From the NCBI GenBank assembly GCA_002633005.1, contig NMRA01000448.1, positions 186,001 through 250,000 of the forward strand: a stretch of DNA of 64,000 nucleotides, in the 5' to 3' direction. Of the stretch, positions 48,977-64,000 are shown piece by piece. A program made the translations under genes and the position numbers. Each line of letters starts with the position of its first letter. The first letter of the stretch is position 1. Under the pieces are notes generated by a model that saw nothing but the letters and a program-made list of their open reading frames with translations, searched no databases and was not told where the DNA came from. The stretch comes from Phoronis australis (taxonomy: Eukaryota; Animalia; Phoronida).

Positions 48977-50631
48977 CCGTAAACATTCGGGTTAATGCCC
49001 ATGCTCACTTAACCGCCCATCCCCAACTTTAGGTGGATTTCCGATTTGAGCGCCCACTGCTCGATTAACCACCCCTCTACGATTTTTGAAGATTTCCAGT
49101 TAAGCGCCCACCTCTTGGTTAAGTGCCATCTCCAATTTTAAGATTGAAGATTTAGTGCTCAGTGCGATTCCCAGACCTTTACATACAGATGGATGATGGC
49201 AATGAGCACAATGATGCCGGGCCTCCGGGACGGCGGTTTGGCAATTTGAATTACAATGCAAGAAACGAATTATTGCCCCGGGCCATGGGCCTACCTCAAA
49301 ATATATTGAACGTTTTTGTTGTTTTATTTTCTTCCCATGTTCGCAAAGTTTAAGAAGCCCGTCGGCGTCAATACCTCCGCTTTCAGCGACGCCGTCTTCC
49401 GTGCTGAGTTTCCGTCTCCAGTGGATTACGTAAAACATGTATTGAAAGAAATCGGGCCAGAGAAATGCGACAACGGTTTTGCCAACCCTCCAAATTCTCT
49501 TTAGGTTGGAAGCTCACGTATTTTGAAGAATTCCCGTAACTCACAGAAAGATGTCAAATTCTCGCTATTTTGATGAATGTAATTGCCGGGTTATAAAGGA
49601 TGTATAGCGACCGAAGGGACAGTGTGCCTCACTGGGTTACAGAGGATGTGTGGCGACCGAAGGGACAGTGTGCCTCACTGGGTTACCAGCCAATTTGCTG
49701 CCTTTCGATTTCTGAGTTCAAAGGTAGGCAATACGTTACTGTATGTTTGTGTATCACCTAGATTATAGAAATAAAAAACTGCTTGTCAAATTTTGTTTCT
49801 CGCTTACTGCATCTCAGTCAAACTAGTGTTAGCAGATTCAACTAATGTCGCTGGCTGTTCTATACTATTGTCTTGCGTCAACCCCCATCTGACCGTGTGT
49901 GTTATTGTTTCAACATTCCCTTTTTAGCCACCCAGAATAATTGGCCAGTTTCAGCCTGAATTAAATTCTCACCATTCGAGCCTGAAATATCTATGACGCA
50001 GACTGATTGAAAATTGGCGATAGTTGGTAGGAGGTGCACGCAGCTAGCAACGGGCATGGCACATTGGGCTAAGGGAACATTGAAGGAAATATCTGAATAC
50101 ACTTGACATCGCAGTTTTGGGGGACATTGTAACGGAGGAATTTAGAAAAGCACGGGGTCTTTCGAACCAACAGCTTAAAACTACAGCATCACGCCGGTTT
50201 CTTTTACTTAGGACTGTCACTGTTCTGTTCTGATGTGCGACTTCGTAGTGGTGCACGCGCATAAGTTCCCACACTTTGGAGTGCATGTTACCTGGACACC
50301 AACATGTGATTGACAGGTTATTCATGCGTAGGCCCTGCGTGCGTGCTGAATCCCACCGCTATCTTTGGCCGCAAAAAACAGACGCATATTGAAAGAAGCC
50401 GTTACATTACTTGACGTCCGAGTACCTGTCGTGTGGGGACTTAGATCACGATTTAAGATTAACCGCCCAGGGAAGTTGTCTGTCAAAGTAAGCACTGCAT
50501 GTTCGGTTAACCGCCTACCCAGGATTTCTTGAAATTTCACGTTTAAGCGTCCAAGTCTGGTTAACTGCCCATCCCCGAATTTTTTGGTTTGCCAATTTAA
50601 CCTCCAAGGGCGTTAACCCGAACGTTAACAG
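48977..50631. mobile_element. Tc1/mariner-type MITE with TA TSD, related to 34273-35400
   Basis: TA|ccgtaaacattcgggttaatgccc ... gggcgttaacccgaacgttaacag|TA; subterminal ttaaccgccc repeats; internal 34-nt duplication at about 49607-49686. Confidence 0.7.
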
Positions 50632-51388
50632 TAATTAGTAACAATGCCACTATTAAATGCCAAATTTATTGCACTTTGATTTTCAGTTTCTCAGCTTAAT
50701 AAGTCTAGAGCATAAACAAATTGGATGCGTGATTAGTATGCAATAATTAGTGAATTATTCCACCAAACAAATTAGTGCACTCTTCTATCCATGCTCATTA
50801 TGCAACTGTTCAAACATGAAAAACGATATCTTAAAGAGATCTTAACGAAGACATTCAACTCACTTCATGGTAAGCCAGCACTAGATATTTGCCTGGACTA
50901 GATGTTTACAAAAATCCGATTGTTTCTCTTAACAATGGTTCATTCATTTTTCATCAGACACTTCATTAACAAAATGTTCCATTCATTGAAATGGCAGAGA
51001 ATAAAGTAGATTATACAAAAACTTCAAGAACAAGACAATAAAACATGTCATTTATTTACAATTCCTCACCCAATTCAAAAACATTGTAGTGAGAGTTTTA
51101 ACTATCGGTAGAAAAATCGGGTAGTGTGCTTTGCATTGTGGGATATCCTCACCACCGGGGTTGTGTTCCGTAGACACTACCATATTTGTTTGCACTTGTG
51201 GTGAAAAATCTTCGATTATGAATACTATCCCATAATTAATGAATTGAATCCCGTCACTGAACACTCCAACCAATCATTTCAGTTACAACCACTTTTTAAA
51301 GAGAGGCTGATAAGCTCCCAAAACACTGCTGTTTCACTCGCGCCATTTTACGAGACCGTGCTTTTCTCACAAGAAACTTGGTCTACGA

Positions 51389-52529
51389 CAGGGTATTAAC
51401 CAGTTGCCCACGTGTCTGCCAAGTGGGTGGGCAAATGCCGAATCTGGCAGGTAAAACTTGCAACTGCGGGTGCAACGGCAGACTATTTCCATCCCAACAT
51501 TTCGTCTTATCTTCCGGAGAGTATACGCTTTCAAACACTACGCTCTGACACTTGACCAATGGTTTTGCATCTCACATGTACAAACTGGTTTTTAGTAGGT
51601 AAATGCCTTGCTTTGTATAGGGGTACCTTTCCAATGTAATGCAAAATTTCAAATTGTTGCATTGGTGACTCAGAGGGATACCTTTACTGGAGTCACACGT
51701 AACACTTTGAAACCGACTGCACATTTGTGTTAATCTCTCCGTCTTGCGTGTTGATTAGCCCTACAAATCTGTCTTTTTAATGCCTCTAGCCACCTGCTTG
51801 TTTCTTGTTTTTTTTCTGCGCTTCTGGTGAATGTTAATTTGGCATCTGTTTTTTATCCAAAAAAGTCGCAAGTGTTTTGTTTCGGCGGGACTTACTCACT
51901 CTCGGATTGTCTGAGTGTCTGCTGAGATGCATATGATAATTCTGGGGAGCATGCAGCACCCTGGTGTCTGGATAAAAACGCAAAATTTCACAAGACGTGA
52001 TGTCGCTACGTGCTTTCAATGGGGCAACGTGATTTTGGATGAATTTCTCAACACAAGATAGTTACTGAACGCTCCCCATAAATAGCATGTGACAAATCTC
52101 TGGCTTTGAATGTTTGAACCTTCACTTGTCTGGGTGCCGAAATTCCTGGCTTTCAGGCTGTCGGGCAACCGTCAAGCCCCGCACAACAGCAGTCCTTTTA
52201 TGCCGGCGGATCCGACGTGAACAGAATATTTGTGAAAATTGCTATCCCTCAATCCACTTGCGCACTACATGCATTGGGAAAACGTCAGAAATGCAGTTAA
52301 AGCGCGAAGTTAGAGTGTTACGTTCACCAAAACATACTAACAAGCAAAATTAGCAAATTTATGCTGCAGAAATCAAGGAAAGTGTTTCCCTTCAAGGACA
52401 AAAATCAAAAGTTTCCTAGGCGGGAGGGAGGCAGCCCCCCCTCTCCTGACTCTCCCACCCCACTCGGCACTCCGTGCCTCGCACGTAGATTTTTCGACGG
52501 GCATTATTACTATCTTGGCTAATACCCTG
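51389..52529. mobile_element. Non-autonomous hAT element
   Basis: TIRs cagggtattaacca / tggctaataccctg; 8-bp TSD gtctacga / gtctacgg. Confidence 0.75.
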
Positions 52530-52917
52530 GTCTACGGAACACTTCCCACCATTTATGAGCTACCATGTGACACACCTAGGAAGGCACCAGTGACAATTAA
52601 TATAGGCATGTCAAAACTCACAATTCAACACAAACGTGATATCAATTGATCCACAAACACCAAGTTACAAGTGAACACAATTCTAGGAAAAACTTAAGAT
52701 ACCAGTGTTACACACATTTCTGAGACAAACTTATGCGCATATTCAGTTACCACATAATATCTTGGTCCCACTTTGGACAATTACTTTGTGTCGCTAAACA
52801 GCTTTTGGTTCTCATTCCATGAATCACAAAAGGAGAACCATTTACCATGAATACATAATCTTTTACTGAATCTAAGTATCATGTATCCAAGAAAATTGAC
52901 TACATGATCGTTTAAAG

Positions 52918-52989
52918 CTTGCAAAAATACAGTGCAAAGTTTCATAAACAAACTTGCAAAAATACAGTGCAAAGTTTCATAAACAAACT
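52918..52989. repeat. Tandem duplication, about 34-nt unit x2 (cttgcaaaaatacagtgcaaagtttcataaacaaa)
   Basis: Direct reading. Confidence 0.85.
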
Positions 52990-55900
52990 GTGTATAATAA
53001 AATACAACGCACATGAGGATTCCAACGATGCTGACATATGCCCTTGAGAGTCCATTGTAATTAATACAGCATTTATTTCTAATTTCCTACTTATACAATA
53101 TATATACATCAGCAAGTAACAGAATGACAGAAAATCATTAAAGTGGAATATGAACTTACAGTTGTTTCCATATCTACACATCGCCTCATGGTTATTCAAG
53201 ACACTGGAAAAAATGTCCAAATTTGGCTAAGTTCGGAGCATCCTATCTCATGGACGGCTGATCGGATTCAAATGAATCTTTCAGATACTAAGCTTTGTGT
53301 ACGCTTCTCCAACACACTGCTAGGAATTGTTTCCAAAACGTTTCGCTTTCGCACGAGAGGCTGTCAAAAATAGGAATTTGCATAAAACAAAAACAGAAGG
53401 GTAATTTAGAAAACTGAAACAGCATTTTTAAAAATTCATCTTGAACATCAATGTCAAATGAAATTTGGTCAATGTTATTGATACCGTTGTTTTGCTATCA
53501 ATATACCTTCCTTGTTTGACAAATTATACTAATAAATAAGACACGATCATGTTACCCAATTAATGGCAGATTGGTATTAAGTCAACAATCAAATTCTACA
53601 GGTTTTCTCCTTTCCAACATGGCATGTTTGGCAGTAGCATGTTTGAAAAGTTCTGATCTTGAGCCAACATTTTGTTTCAAAAGCTCTAAAAACGTGAACT
53701 GAATACATCAAAACAGTGGCGAATCTTCCAATAAAATTCCATCTGGTTTATGGTTTTATTATGAGCACGTGATCACACTAACTTCTTTCTCCATAGTCTT
53801 GCATCTTCAGAACTCGGCGAAAAAACAGTGACAGTGTTTTTGAGATTTCATCTTGATCACTTCAATGATACTATTGTTTTGCTAACATGCACCTTGCTTT
53901 TGAGCTGCTCTTTGCTAAAAAGACATGATCACACGATTCTTAATTAATGGCAGATAGGTAAAAGTCAAAAATCGAATTCTATTGACTTTCTTCTATAAAA
54001 ATGTACTGTTACTGAGATAAAATCTAATGTTGCCGATAAGGTCCTACACAACCTGACATGAGGACACTACCTTGTCCTATTAAGTAATCTGTAAAATGAA
54101 ATTCATGCTGGAATACACCTTACATGGAGCTTTTAACAAGGAGAGATGTAGCAGCAAATCCAAGTGTGCAAGTGTAAACCAAAGTATTCTGTTTCATGAG
54201 GCCCTTTCACACTAACGACAACGCGTAAATGTTTTGGGAAGTTGCGGTCAGTATGAAAGATTAACATCGGTACTGGATTGAAGTTAACAGTGCCAGTTAA
54301 CTTCGCCATAAACAGGTGGATTTAACAGCGGAGCATCAACATTGTGGTGCAGTATGAACGGTCATCTTCGGTCCTATCGAAGTTATCGCCAGGGGTCACT
54401 GTTATCACAATTAAAGGGCAGTGTTGTAACTAATACTTGCTTATATTTTGCTCAAGTAATCACCAGTTGAATTAGAAATACGTTTTATGTCAATTAGCAC
54501 ATGTAAATGTTCCCAAATTGTCACACTAAAAAAATCTTAGCATGCATGTGATACATCAGCGCTACCTTGTGATTACTTCGATGACAACAGTGTCACCTAC
54601 AGTTTACTTCGACGTCCGTTAACTACCAAAGAACAGTTCAGTTAACTTCGTAGTTTACATTGATGCTTCCCTCAGACCAGAATTAAGTCAGTATGAAACA
54701 TTGTCAATTGCAAAAAGTCAATCCATCCATAAATAAGCGGTGTCTCAGCCCACAGTTCTTATCTGTCTCAGAAGACTGATAATGGTCTAACCCATCTTGG
54801 CCAGCAATTGCTAAACACAATTGCTAATGAACAAGCTATCCAGATAACCACCATACACACACCAGGCGATTGATTTTAGCCTCTGCTAAGAAAGTGAGTA
54901 CCGCCCTGACTCAGGTACAAACACATCTCGTATTTCATAATTCTAAAAGAGAGTAATTGCAACGTTCCTTTGTTCCTACGCAGCGCCCTCATGTGGACAG
55001 AGTGGTGCTGTATATGCCAACACCATAACAACAAGAATTTATGGTGTGAGCACCACAGACCAAGTTCTAATTAATCTTCAGATGTTAACAATAACCATTG
55101 GGTAAAAACATTCCCACCAGAGAGAATGGCGTATTTTCCAAACAACATCTTCCCTTGTACCAGAACTGTTGAATAGGCTGATTACGTAATGGGTTCCAAT
55201 CCAACTGCATACATTGGTGAAAGTTCAAAACATCCATGATTTTCTTTAATCTTTAGCAAAAAATACCCCCATTGCTTTGCACCCATTATCAACCCAAACT
55301 TCACACAGGCATTAAAAAGCTGCAGGAACACCTCTCCCTCTGTATAGACCTTTTTTTCATTTTCAAATTCTTAAAAACAAACATATCGTAAAATTCCATT
55401 TTTTGCATTTTATAGACTAGCAAATTCCATTTTACTATTTCAAGGTGATTAATAACATTGTACTACATACGGACCAGCTATTTTGACCTCAGAATAGAAT
55501 CCAGAGACTAGACAGCTGCCACCCATTTAACAGCTCATAAAAATCAGGTATATTAACTTTAAGAGCCCAGATTGGTTCCTTTATTGCTGTCGTCCAGTCC
55601 GCAACAGCATCACTCCCCATGTATACTTACTGCTGGTATTAGCTCGGATAAACTGCGCAGCATTGACACAAAGCTCATTTTATAGACTGCACACTTGTGT
55701 TATGGGATACTTTGAATAATTCATTAAGTTCATAACATATTGCCGCACTTTTAGGACTATGGACCTACGTCCGAAATGCTTTTTTTCACGGCCTTTTTTA
55801 CCCAAGTGGTTCGCATAATTGGCGCATGGCCTAAGTTTTGCATATAAGCCCAGGTAATGTCCTCTGCACAGGCTTATACGTTAATTCGCAAGAAGCACAC

Positions 55901-57944
55901 CAAATTCCTTTAAAAACTGACTTGCTTTCCATGAACATATTATCATATTGCCGTACCTTAAGCCTGTGGGCCTTTATCCGAAATAATGCCCTGTTTGTGG
56001 CCGAAGTGGTTCCGCGAATGTCAATGCAGTTCCACACAGACGACCAAGGGCTAATGGCGCGGCAATACGGTTACTGTATTAACAGGCAAATGGTATTTTA
56101 TGTATTCTCTACAACTTTTTTGATGCGAAAGTAACAATAAACAAGGCAAGTCAAATCACATGACCTTCCAAATAAGGAGTCTCCGAAAACATACACAGTC
56201 TCAATTTTACTAGATCTCAATGAGAGCTAATGTTGAAAGTGAGTTTAGTCCAAACACAAGTTTGTGGTAATTACAACTAAAACGTCAATGGTTAAAGAAA
56301 CAGAAATCGAAATTCTTGAAAGTCTTGTGAAAGTCCGAAAACGTGTGTAGAGATCACACAGGGGTTCCTCTGACAGGAAAACGGAAATGATATATGACTG
56401 CACTAGTTCATGCTTGCCAAGAACAAGGTGAGTTCAATTGTTTTGCGAAGTCCTGGTTCTGTTTACATGAGGGCCAACATCACACAGATTACAGTGCCTC
56501 TCAAAGTTGCTGGATCAAACAGTGCCAGCATTACATAGTGGCTGTATTACATATGGAACAAAAACATTTCATTTGCATTTATTGCTCAACTCGTCTACCA
56601 CTGTGAGAGCGCATCCAAAGTCATCGAGTTATAAAATCCATCAACAAATGATGAAGGGCAACGGCAAGACTGACAAGATTTAAGGAACGGCGCTCCACAT
56701 AAACGAGCTGGATTTTGAAAATGCGACGTGGGATTTTGGCTACGTCACGAAAAGATTTTCACAGCGTCGAGTGCCGAGTATAACAGCCTATTCACTCTGA
56801 CAACTAAAAGACCCATCGACAACCCCCCCCCGCATACAACTTAGTGTGCCACTTTTTACTAATCGTGGTGTGTTCACAGGTGCTCCAATAAAAAAAAAAA
56901 GTTGTACTGTGTAGACAGCATGTGTAGACTGAGTTAAAAAGTCCCAGGAAGTCGCTTGTGAAAATTGGACTGTGTAGACGGCACAGATGCCAACCAATCC
57001 TATCTCTCAGACATAGCAATTACATAAGTAAACAGTGTAAAAAATCTTCAATACACTCCCTCACACACGTATCAATTATCTCATTTACCATTCACACATA
57101 ATTAAAACATCCACTTGGATATCAGTGATGAAAATGCTAACAGTTCTTCAGTGGCAAAATCGAAAAACTGTGTTTTAACTTGACAAATTTGCTGTAGCCT
57201 TACGGTTGTAAATTTTCACCAGCACTTGGCTAGACTTGTATAAAGAGACTAGATGACTTCAATCACAGATTGGCCCCCTGCACTGATACAAACATCTTAC
57301 AGACAACACACTTCTCTTACATTATACTTAGAATAATTCATTATGTATAGAATGATAACAGAATAATCAACAAATGGTGTTCAATGCATTCCCTAAAATC
57401 TAATTTTTATAAAGTGGAAGTAACGACACCTCTATACGTGTATATATATGTAACGGTAATAAGTGCGTGGATATGTTCAACCAGGGTGCTATGGTAATTC
57501 ACATAAGAGCATCCATTAAGAATGATTGGTGAAGTGCTTGCTAATGTATATGCCTAATTGTCTAATTACTGTTCAACTGCTCATGGTCAAGTAGGTGTCA
57601 CTACAATGTATCGTAAAATCTTACTAATTTCAGACAAAAGTAACTACCAAAATTGCACTTTTTCCGTTTTTGAAGACTTTGAACAATGTTGTGAATGCCT
57701 ATAATTCTTCAAAATGTTGTCTGGTCGTTGCTTTTGTACCACACTTGAAAGCGGTGAAACGCGCAACAAAATAAGAAAATAAAGTTTCCACTGTACTTTG
57801 GTGAGAATTCTTCAGTTTGGGACAAAATATGGTGGACTATTAAGAATTTGATATCATCACATTCCTTGACATAAATAAAAATGACAGCGCTCGGTAGAGC
57901 GACACTAGGCGAAATTAACTGAAAAGATCTCAACGAAGATGACA

Positions 57945-58010
57945 ACGATGGTGATGATGATGATAATGATGATGATGATGATGATGATGGTGGCATTGAT
58001 GAAGATGATG
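57945..58010. repeat. (GAT)n microsatellite
   Basis: Direct reading; source of the poly-His and poly-Ser ORFs. Confidence 0.9.
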
Positions 58011-58064
58011 ATCACATTCATATGACACAAAGATGTCATAAATCAGTAAGAAATGAGCTACAGT

Positions 58065-58555
58065 CAGGCATTTATGCAGCGTAGGTCCTGGGCATCCAAA
58101 TGGATGCCCTAGAACTAATATGGATGCCTTGGCAAGGACACCCAATGTATCATTTGGACGCCCACTATCAATAGGAATCTTTCAAGTTTGGACACACACA
58201 TTGTAATGATTACTAGGAAGCCTATGAAGACTCACAGTAGTGGCTCTTTTTTCAAAGCATGAAGACATATACAATGTATATACAAAGTATATACAATGTT
58301 GCTATGCTCACAGTGGTTGATAGCATTGGAAAGTCTTCTTGGTCTACATAGCTTTTTTAGTAAAAATGCTCACTACAGAAGGCTGTTTTGTAAACTTAGA
58401 TGTAAAACTAATGGTCTATGCCTTTTTTTGTAAAAATCTGTGTGTTTGGGGGGATTGCTGGGGCTGGGGGGTTATGCATCTGAATCATGGACGCCCTGGA
58501 ATATTGGGAACCCCATTTTGGACACCCTATTTTCGAAATCCTGGATAAAGGCCTG
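58065..58555. mobile_element. Non-autonomous hAT element
   Basis: TIRs caggcatttatgcag / ctggataaaggcctg; perfect 8-bp TSD gctacagt at 58057-58064 and 58556-58563. Confidence 0.8.
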
Positions 58556-61500
58556 GCTACAGTCTTGTTCAAAAGAAGGTAAACCAACAACAGTGCAACA
58601 AAATCAGTAAACAAAGGAACAGCGTTTTCAGTAAATCTCAAATAATTCAAAAAGTAGACGTCCTAGCGAAAAATGGAAAACATTTTCTCAAAGCTCATTC
58701 AAAACTCTATCTAATGATTTAGTTTAAAAATTCTATAATTTTTGAGAAAAAATTCAAATTTTGTACATTTTTGAAATTCAAAGGCAAATAACTCAAAAAC
58801 GGCAAGTCTGAGAAAAATTTGTTCCAGGTCATTTGAAAGAGTATACCTCAAAAAATCCACATGCAAAAATTCACGTCATTATAACTTCCCGTTAAAAATG
58901 GCACCCTAGCACGATTGAAAATGGGTAAAAATTCGCCAGATCCTCCATATGGAAAGCAACTTCCGGTTCTTTAGCATTTGCTTAAAATAGCTAGTCACAG
59001 GAAACTAACATATGGAAAATTTCCAAACAATTAGTCCAACAATGCGCCCTCTACGGGACAAAACGTTTTCGTCCCAAAATCGAGGTACGCATGCACAACT
59101 GCTGATATTTCCGCCATCTTTGACCTAAAGTTCATGATTACAGGCATATTAATAGTACTTGTCTACTTCTATACTTGTGTCAATTTTCAACCATGTACGT
59201 GAAAAAAATGCAGCCTCTATGAGTATTTGAATCTGAAATTGAAAACAAAATGGCAGCCATGTCATATTCAATCATAGCGAAAAACAATAGGCTTCCAGCA
59301 CTTCCGGAGCTACAAGTTGTGTATAAATTTCGTGTGGATCGGATGAATATTGCGACCTGTAGAGTGCAAACAAAAAAAACGATGTCAAAGCAACACACAG
59401 TGCGTTTGAGATAAAACAATTTTTTGTAAAATTCTGGGCATTTGCAGCAAAATACTAAGTCTTTAAAAAACACTTCTGTCCCAGACTAAAGAATACAAAA
59501 CCGACTTCACACATAATGTAACAGGTGAATAATTTAATATTTCATCTCAAGTTCCAAAATCTCATTTCATTCACCACTGTTGAAGAATGCTGACTGTTTT
59601 GCTGTTGCTGAAGAATGCCAGCAACAAAAATGATTGATAGGCATGCCAAGGGTCATTTGAGCACAAACAGATAGTCCTCTTTTGCATCATAAGCTTTAGT
59701 AGGGTGGACTAACATTCTTTCTCAAGTACAAGAATTTTAGACTTTAAATGAGAAAGGTGATTTAGAACAGTCTAAATATAGTAGTACATCACTAAAGTTA
59801 GTGTGCTGAAAAGACCGGACTAGCGAGCGGACCAAATTTGGTCCGATTACATAAACGCAAAGCGAAAGGTTTGGTCGGACTATTTTGCTCCACTGTCCCA
59901 AATTATCTCCCTGACTTCAAGCGAGTCCGGAGTTCTTCCTGTCATTTCGGGCACTCTCGTTATTGTTGCTCGTTCTGTTTACTGTTCATTGCATATTTTA
60001 AAGTTAAACATGTCTCAAATTACACGTAAGAATAGAAGCGGCACTGGTCGGATCGCTATCGCGGTACAGCGGAGCGACATCTCACATTAAAGTTAGGACG
60101 GTGAAGGTGACAATTTCATACGGTGGGTTATCACACTGATGACTGTGAACAAGTCCCAGCCAAATCCAATGCAAAAGCATCTTTTAAGAGGCTAGATCCC
60201 CATATGTGGTGGTTCTCGTAGTACTGGATACACAAGAGATGATATTAATACAAAACAACAATAGCCCACAGCCATTAGTAGTCCAATAGTAACTAGAATA
60301 ACATAGTCTTGTACATGGTGCATCTCTTCAGACACCTACAACCTATAAATAACTATGACAAACATGATGTTATATAACTCTAGTGTAACAACTACATTAT
60401 CCATTAGAACCACTAATTTAAGATCTCTAATTGATATTGTATAGACTCTTCAAAGTATAAAAGGAGGATTACAATTTAGGACACAGAATGATGGACAGAC
60501 AGCATTTCCACTTATTTCCTAAAACATAAGCAGCACAAATTAAGCTCTAATTCAGTTTTACGCCTTAGCTACATAGCTTTGATTAACTGCGGCCATTCAC
60601 AACAACGTTCCAAGTCTTTGAAAAATGCAAAACAATCATACTTAGCAATGATTTGGTCCAAAATTGATGGTATGGTACTGAAAATAAGGTGGCTTTGGGC
60701 TAAAAAACGAAAATGAAAACTACAAATTTATTCGGAAACTTATCAAAACTAAATCATTTCAGAAATATTTGTGTGACTATTTCACTAACAATTGGTTTAC
60801 ACTGAAGTTCAGAGTCGAGTCATCCCTTCGCCACCCCATGGTATTTTCTCAGTTTCTGTTCTTTGATAAATGGGACGGTGAAAGAGAGGAGACAATGAAA
60901 GTTTAAGACATTGAAAGTGAGAAGCAGGGGTTTACACAACAGCCATCTTGGCCATCTTTTGGACGGCCAGAACTTGATTTTGGACAGGTTTGACGGGGCA
61001 GCCAGAATTAAAAAAGACGAGCAAAATTTTAAAAAGTTGCTTGAAGTAACGACTACTTTCTCTACATCATTTGCTGGTTGGCCATAACTCAAATAAATAG
61101 ACCATCAGTCATTTCAGAAATAAGAAATTCCCAGTGCAAAAGGTGTTTTCTTAGCATGTATTTCAATATTCCGCATGTTCCGTGAAACTGATCGGTCTCT
61201 CTAGCAGCCCAACATACCTATGAATAGAAATGCTTTCATAGACTCTTATTGGATGTTGCCTGTGCGTTTCTCACACAAATACTAATGGTTAGTTTTGGTG
61301 CATTTCTCATTGTCACTGGCCAACCGAATTTGAGCTCTTCTCATCAATATTATAAGGGTTTCTTTGGCTGATCCAATATTTATGGCTACACCCTGTGAAA
61401 ACCTGGCATGCTGTTCACAACTCTTCACTGAGTCCATAGTACCTGACGCTTGCGGTTTGGGGGAGTAATTCCGATATTTTGCACAGCCATTGTACTCTGT

Positions 61501-63058
61501 GGTCTCCGTTATGGTTGACATGCATATTCTACATTTCAACATATTTAGCAATGTCGTTTACACGCAAAGGCCTGAAAGACAGTCAAGGATAAGTTTACAA
61601 ACCAAAGATGTTCCAGATACAGACGTTGACACACAAGCTGGTACAACAGATAATCCAGCAAGATCTGGATCGTGAGGATAACGCGGCCAGTCAACGAAAC
61701 GCAAATACCCGCGCAATGAACAGTCAACCTTTCAAAGTACCAAATTTTTTCCAACAACATCCGACATCTGCATTTTTTATATTTCACTACAAACTTGAGA
61801 ATAGATGACTTTTAACGGGAAGAATGGATTTGTGACAATCACGAAAATGGCATAGTTTCAGACGTTTGACAATCCAGTTGATATCTTTATATGATTGGTT
61901 TCAACTTGTTCTCCCGTCCAAGTAAACCAAAACGCATGTGAATCGATTTGTTTATTGTACCTAATTAGCTATTCAAGACGGTAGACGAAGTCGGGGACCC
62001 ATATGATGTGCAATTTCTGCAAGAATTCTGGTTGTGTAGTTTTGGATGTACCGACTTTTTAACGTCACATTCAGACAAACATTAGGAGAGTATTGACCAT
62101 GAATGCTGTACAAGACATGAGATTGAGAGAAAACACAGGCTCAACTGTCAAGAACATCTATGATAAAATAAGACTGGCTTTACCAAAACACTTTATTCAG
62201 ACTGTCTGCTTCGACGAAGACAGGACAGTGCTGCTGAAATCTTTACCTCTGTGTTATAGTTTTGGGACTTAGTCGACACTGACATTTCTAGTATGAACAT
62301 CATATTCTTTTTTTTGAGTAATATACTTTCCGCATGCTTTTTCAAACACTTCTGTATTAACTTCCATTTAAAGTTATTGCACAAATGAATGGTCTCTCCC
62401 GTGTTCGGTCATTTTTTTGGACAAATGTGGACCACCAACCGATTTAAATTTAAATCAACTTAAAATCTTCATCATCACTGCAAACAGGGAGGGGGTATTG
62501 TACACATAACCACCACTAGCACTAACAACGTGTAGGTAAATGTACTTGCGGATCACTGCATTTGATCTATAAATATGAAGCTGGTATGAAATTACAAGCA
62601 GCCGCTATAAATAGTGACCTGGATTAACAAGGTAATTTGGCCGAGTCTCCATAGCAACCAAAACCAAAATACAGGTAACTACACAAAAGTAAGACCACAT
62701 GTTTCTACTGAGGAATAACCAACATAGTACATAATGCATTCTCCAAGGTCAACAGACATCAGGAAAGAATAGATTACCATGAAGAATGTAAGGAACTTTC
62801 TTTAATAACCAAATTTAAACAACATGATATAACGTCCATTTCCCCTCCAAGGTAAATCCTAGGGAATAGGTGGACCAACACAAGCCATTAAGTCCATCAC
62901 AGGCGCTATCTTACTTCCAGTAGTTAACTGACATTAAAGTTACTACTAGGTGATACTTCATGGTAGTAAAATTTTCATTAGGTCATGCTAAAGATGCTTA
63001 CCATATTACAATATGGATATCTGAATGAAATATTTGCAGAAGAGCACAACCCACGTAT

Positions 63059-63108
63059 TGTGTGTGTGCGTGTGTGCATGTGTGCGTGTGTGCGTGTGTG
63101 TGTGTGTG
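63059..63108. repeat. (TG)n/(TGCG) microsatellite
   Basis: Direct reading. Confidence 0.9.
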
Positions 63109-64000
63109 CAGGTGGTATATACATAGGTAACCAGCTTCTAATGTCGAAAGCAAACAGTCAAGTTTGTTACACACAAGGTTCAGCCATCATTCAGCATAAA
63201 TCAATTAGAACTAAAGCAGCTAAAAAAGTGAAGCCAGGTGCATGTCTAGATGTGCAGGTTACCTGCAATAAATAGAGTCAGAGACAGTGAAATAAAAGGC
63301 ACAGGATATAAGCCTAAAAGGGGTATCGCTAAAGTTTGGTTTCAATGTGGACTATGAAATTTAGTAAAATAAATAGGAAAAAGCAATGTTTTGGAAAGGT
63401 ACACTTAGAGGAAAACAACAGTATTACTAAATGACCGTTTCAAAATAAGTTATAACTTTATATGAATGCAGCAATACAGTTTAATTAGATTCTTTAAGTT
63501 ATTGTGCACTTACCAACATGAAAGTTGAAACTAGAATTGGTCTAGTTCGTAAAGTGCATTTATGATGGACAGCTCCGGTTTGGGTAACTTGTAAGCAATC
63601 TGCCTTCACAATCTGTTTTAAGCATCATTAGTTTATAACTTCCAATGGTATTTCTTTTTGATAAATGTTTTCAGATTATTTTAGCTAAGTTTACTGTATC
63701 ATTTGTTATATTTTATTTAAATATTACACATTTGAATAGTACCTTACCCTCCTTGTCTGTACCAAAAGACTTAAATATTTTGCAATAATGCAACTGATCA
63801 ACTTTTAAATATTGGTGACGCAAATCAACACGATGGAATTCCTATCTGCTCAGTCACAAAAATGGATACCCACTTGAAAATTGGGGGTATTTTGGACGCA
63901 AAATCCTGGATAAAGACCTAAGGTTGGGCAAGTTGAACTTGGAAATGAAGTAGGCTCAGGGAAAAGTAATTCCATATCAGTTATGCGGTTGAACAACTTA

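Noticed and set aside
57709-58145. Poly-His and poly-Ser ORFs
   Set aside because: Translations of a (GAT)n microsatellite

Overview
AT-rich metazoan genomic DNA, probably from a marine invertebrate (inferred from gene structure and repeat content). It holds two convergent, intron-rich genes, both 5'-truncated by the window edges. (1) A + strand CCDC146-like coiled-coil ciliary gene: 15 phase-consistent GT-AG exons from 1354 to 19894, about 903 codons, ending ...KPVPKPIEI*. Two extra in-frame candidate cassette exons lie in its introns. (2) A - strand Kv4/Shal voltage-gated K+ channel gene: its pore/S6 and C-terminal exons lie at 47085 to 26369, and the large T1-S5 exon must lie beyond 64000. 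The standout observation is that the 163-nt exon encoding the selectivity filter, outer vestibule and S6 gate occurs as two tandem, intact copies (46923-47085 and 46529-46691) whose phases prevent productive joint inclusion. This is a candidate mutually exclusive pore-swap cassette. The copies differ at 12 of 54 residues but share a 71-nt identical S6 block, suggesting gene conversion, and candidate RNA pairings surround the branch point between them. Introns carry many repeats: two Penelope-like elements with inverted pLTRs and hammerhead-like motifs, a nested Hero-type RLE retroelement, LINE relics, hAT and Tc1/mariner-type MITEs with target-site duplications, and HINE-like elements with CTCF-like motif arrays. 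All calls come from manual reading; no database searches or expression data were available.
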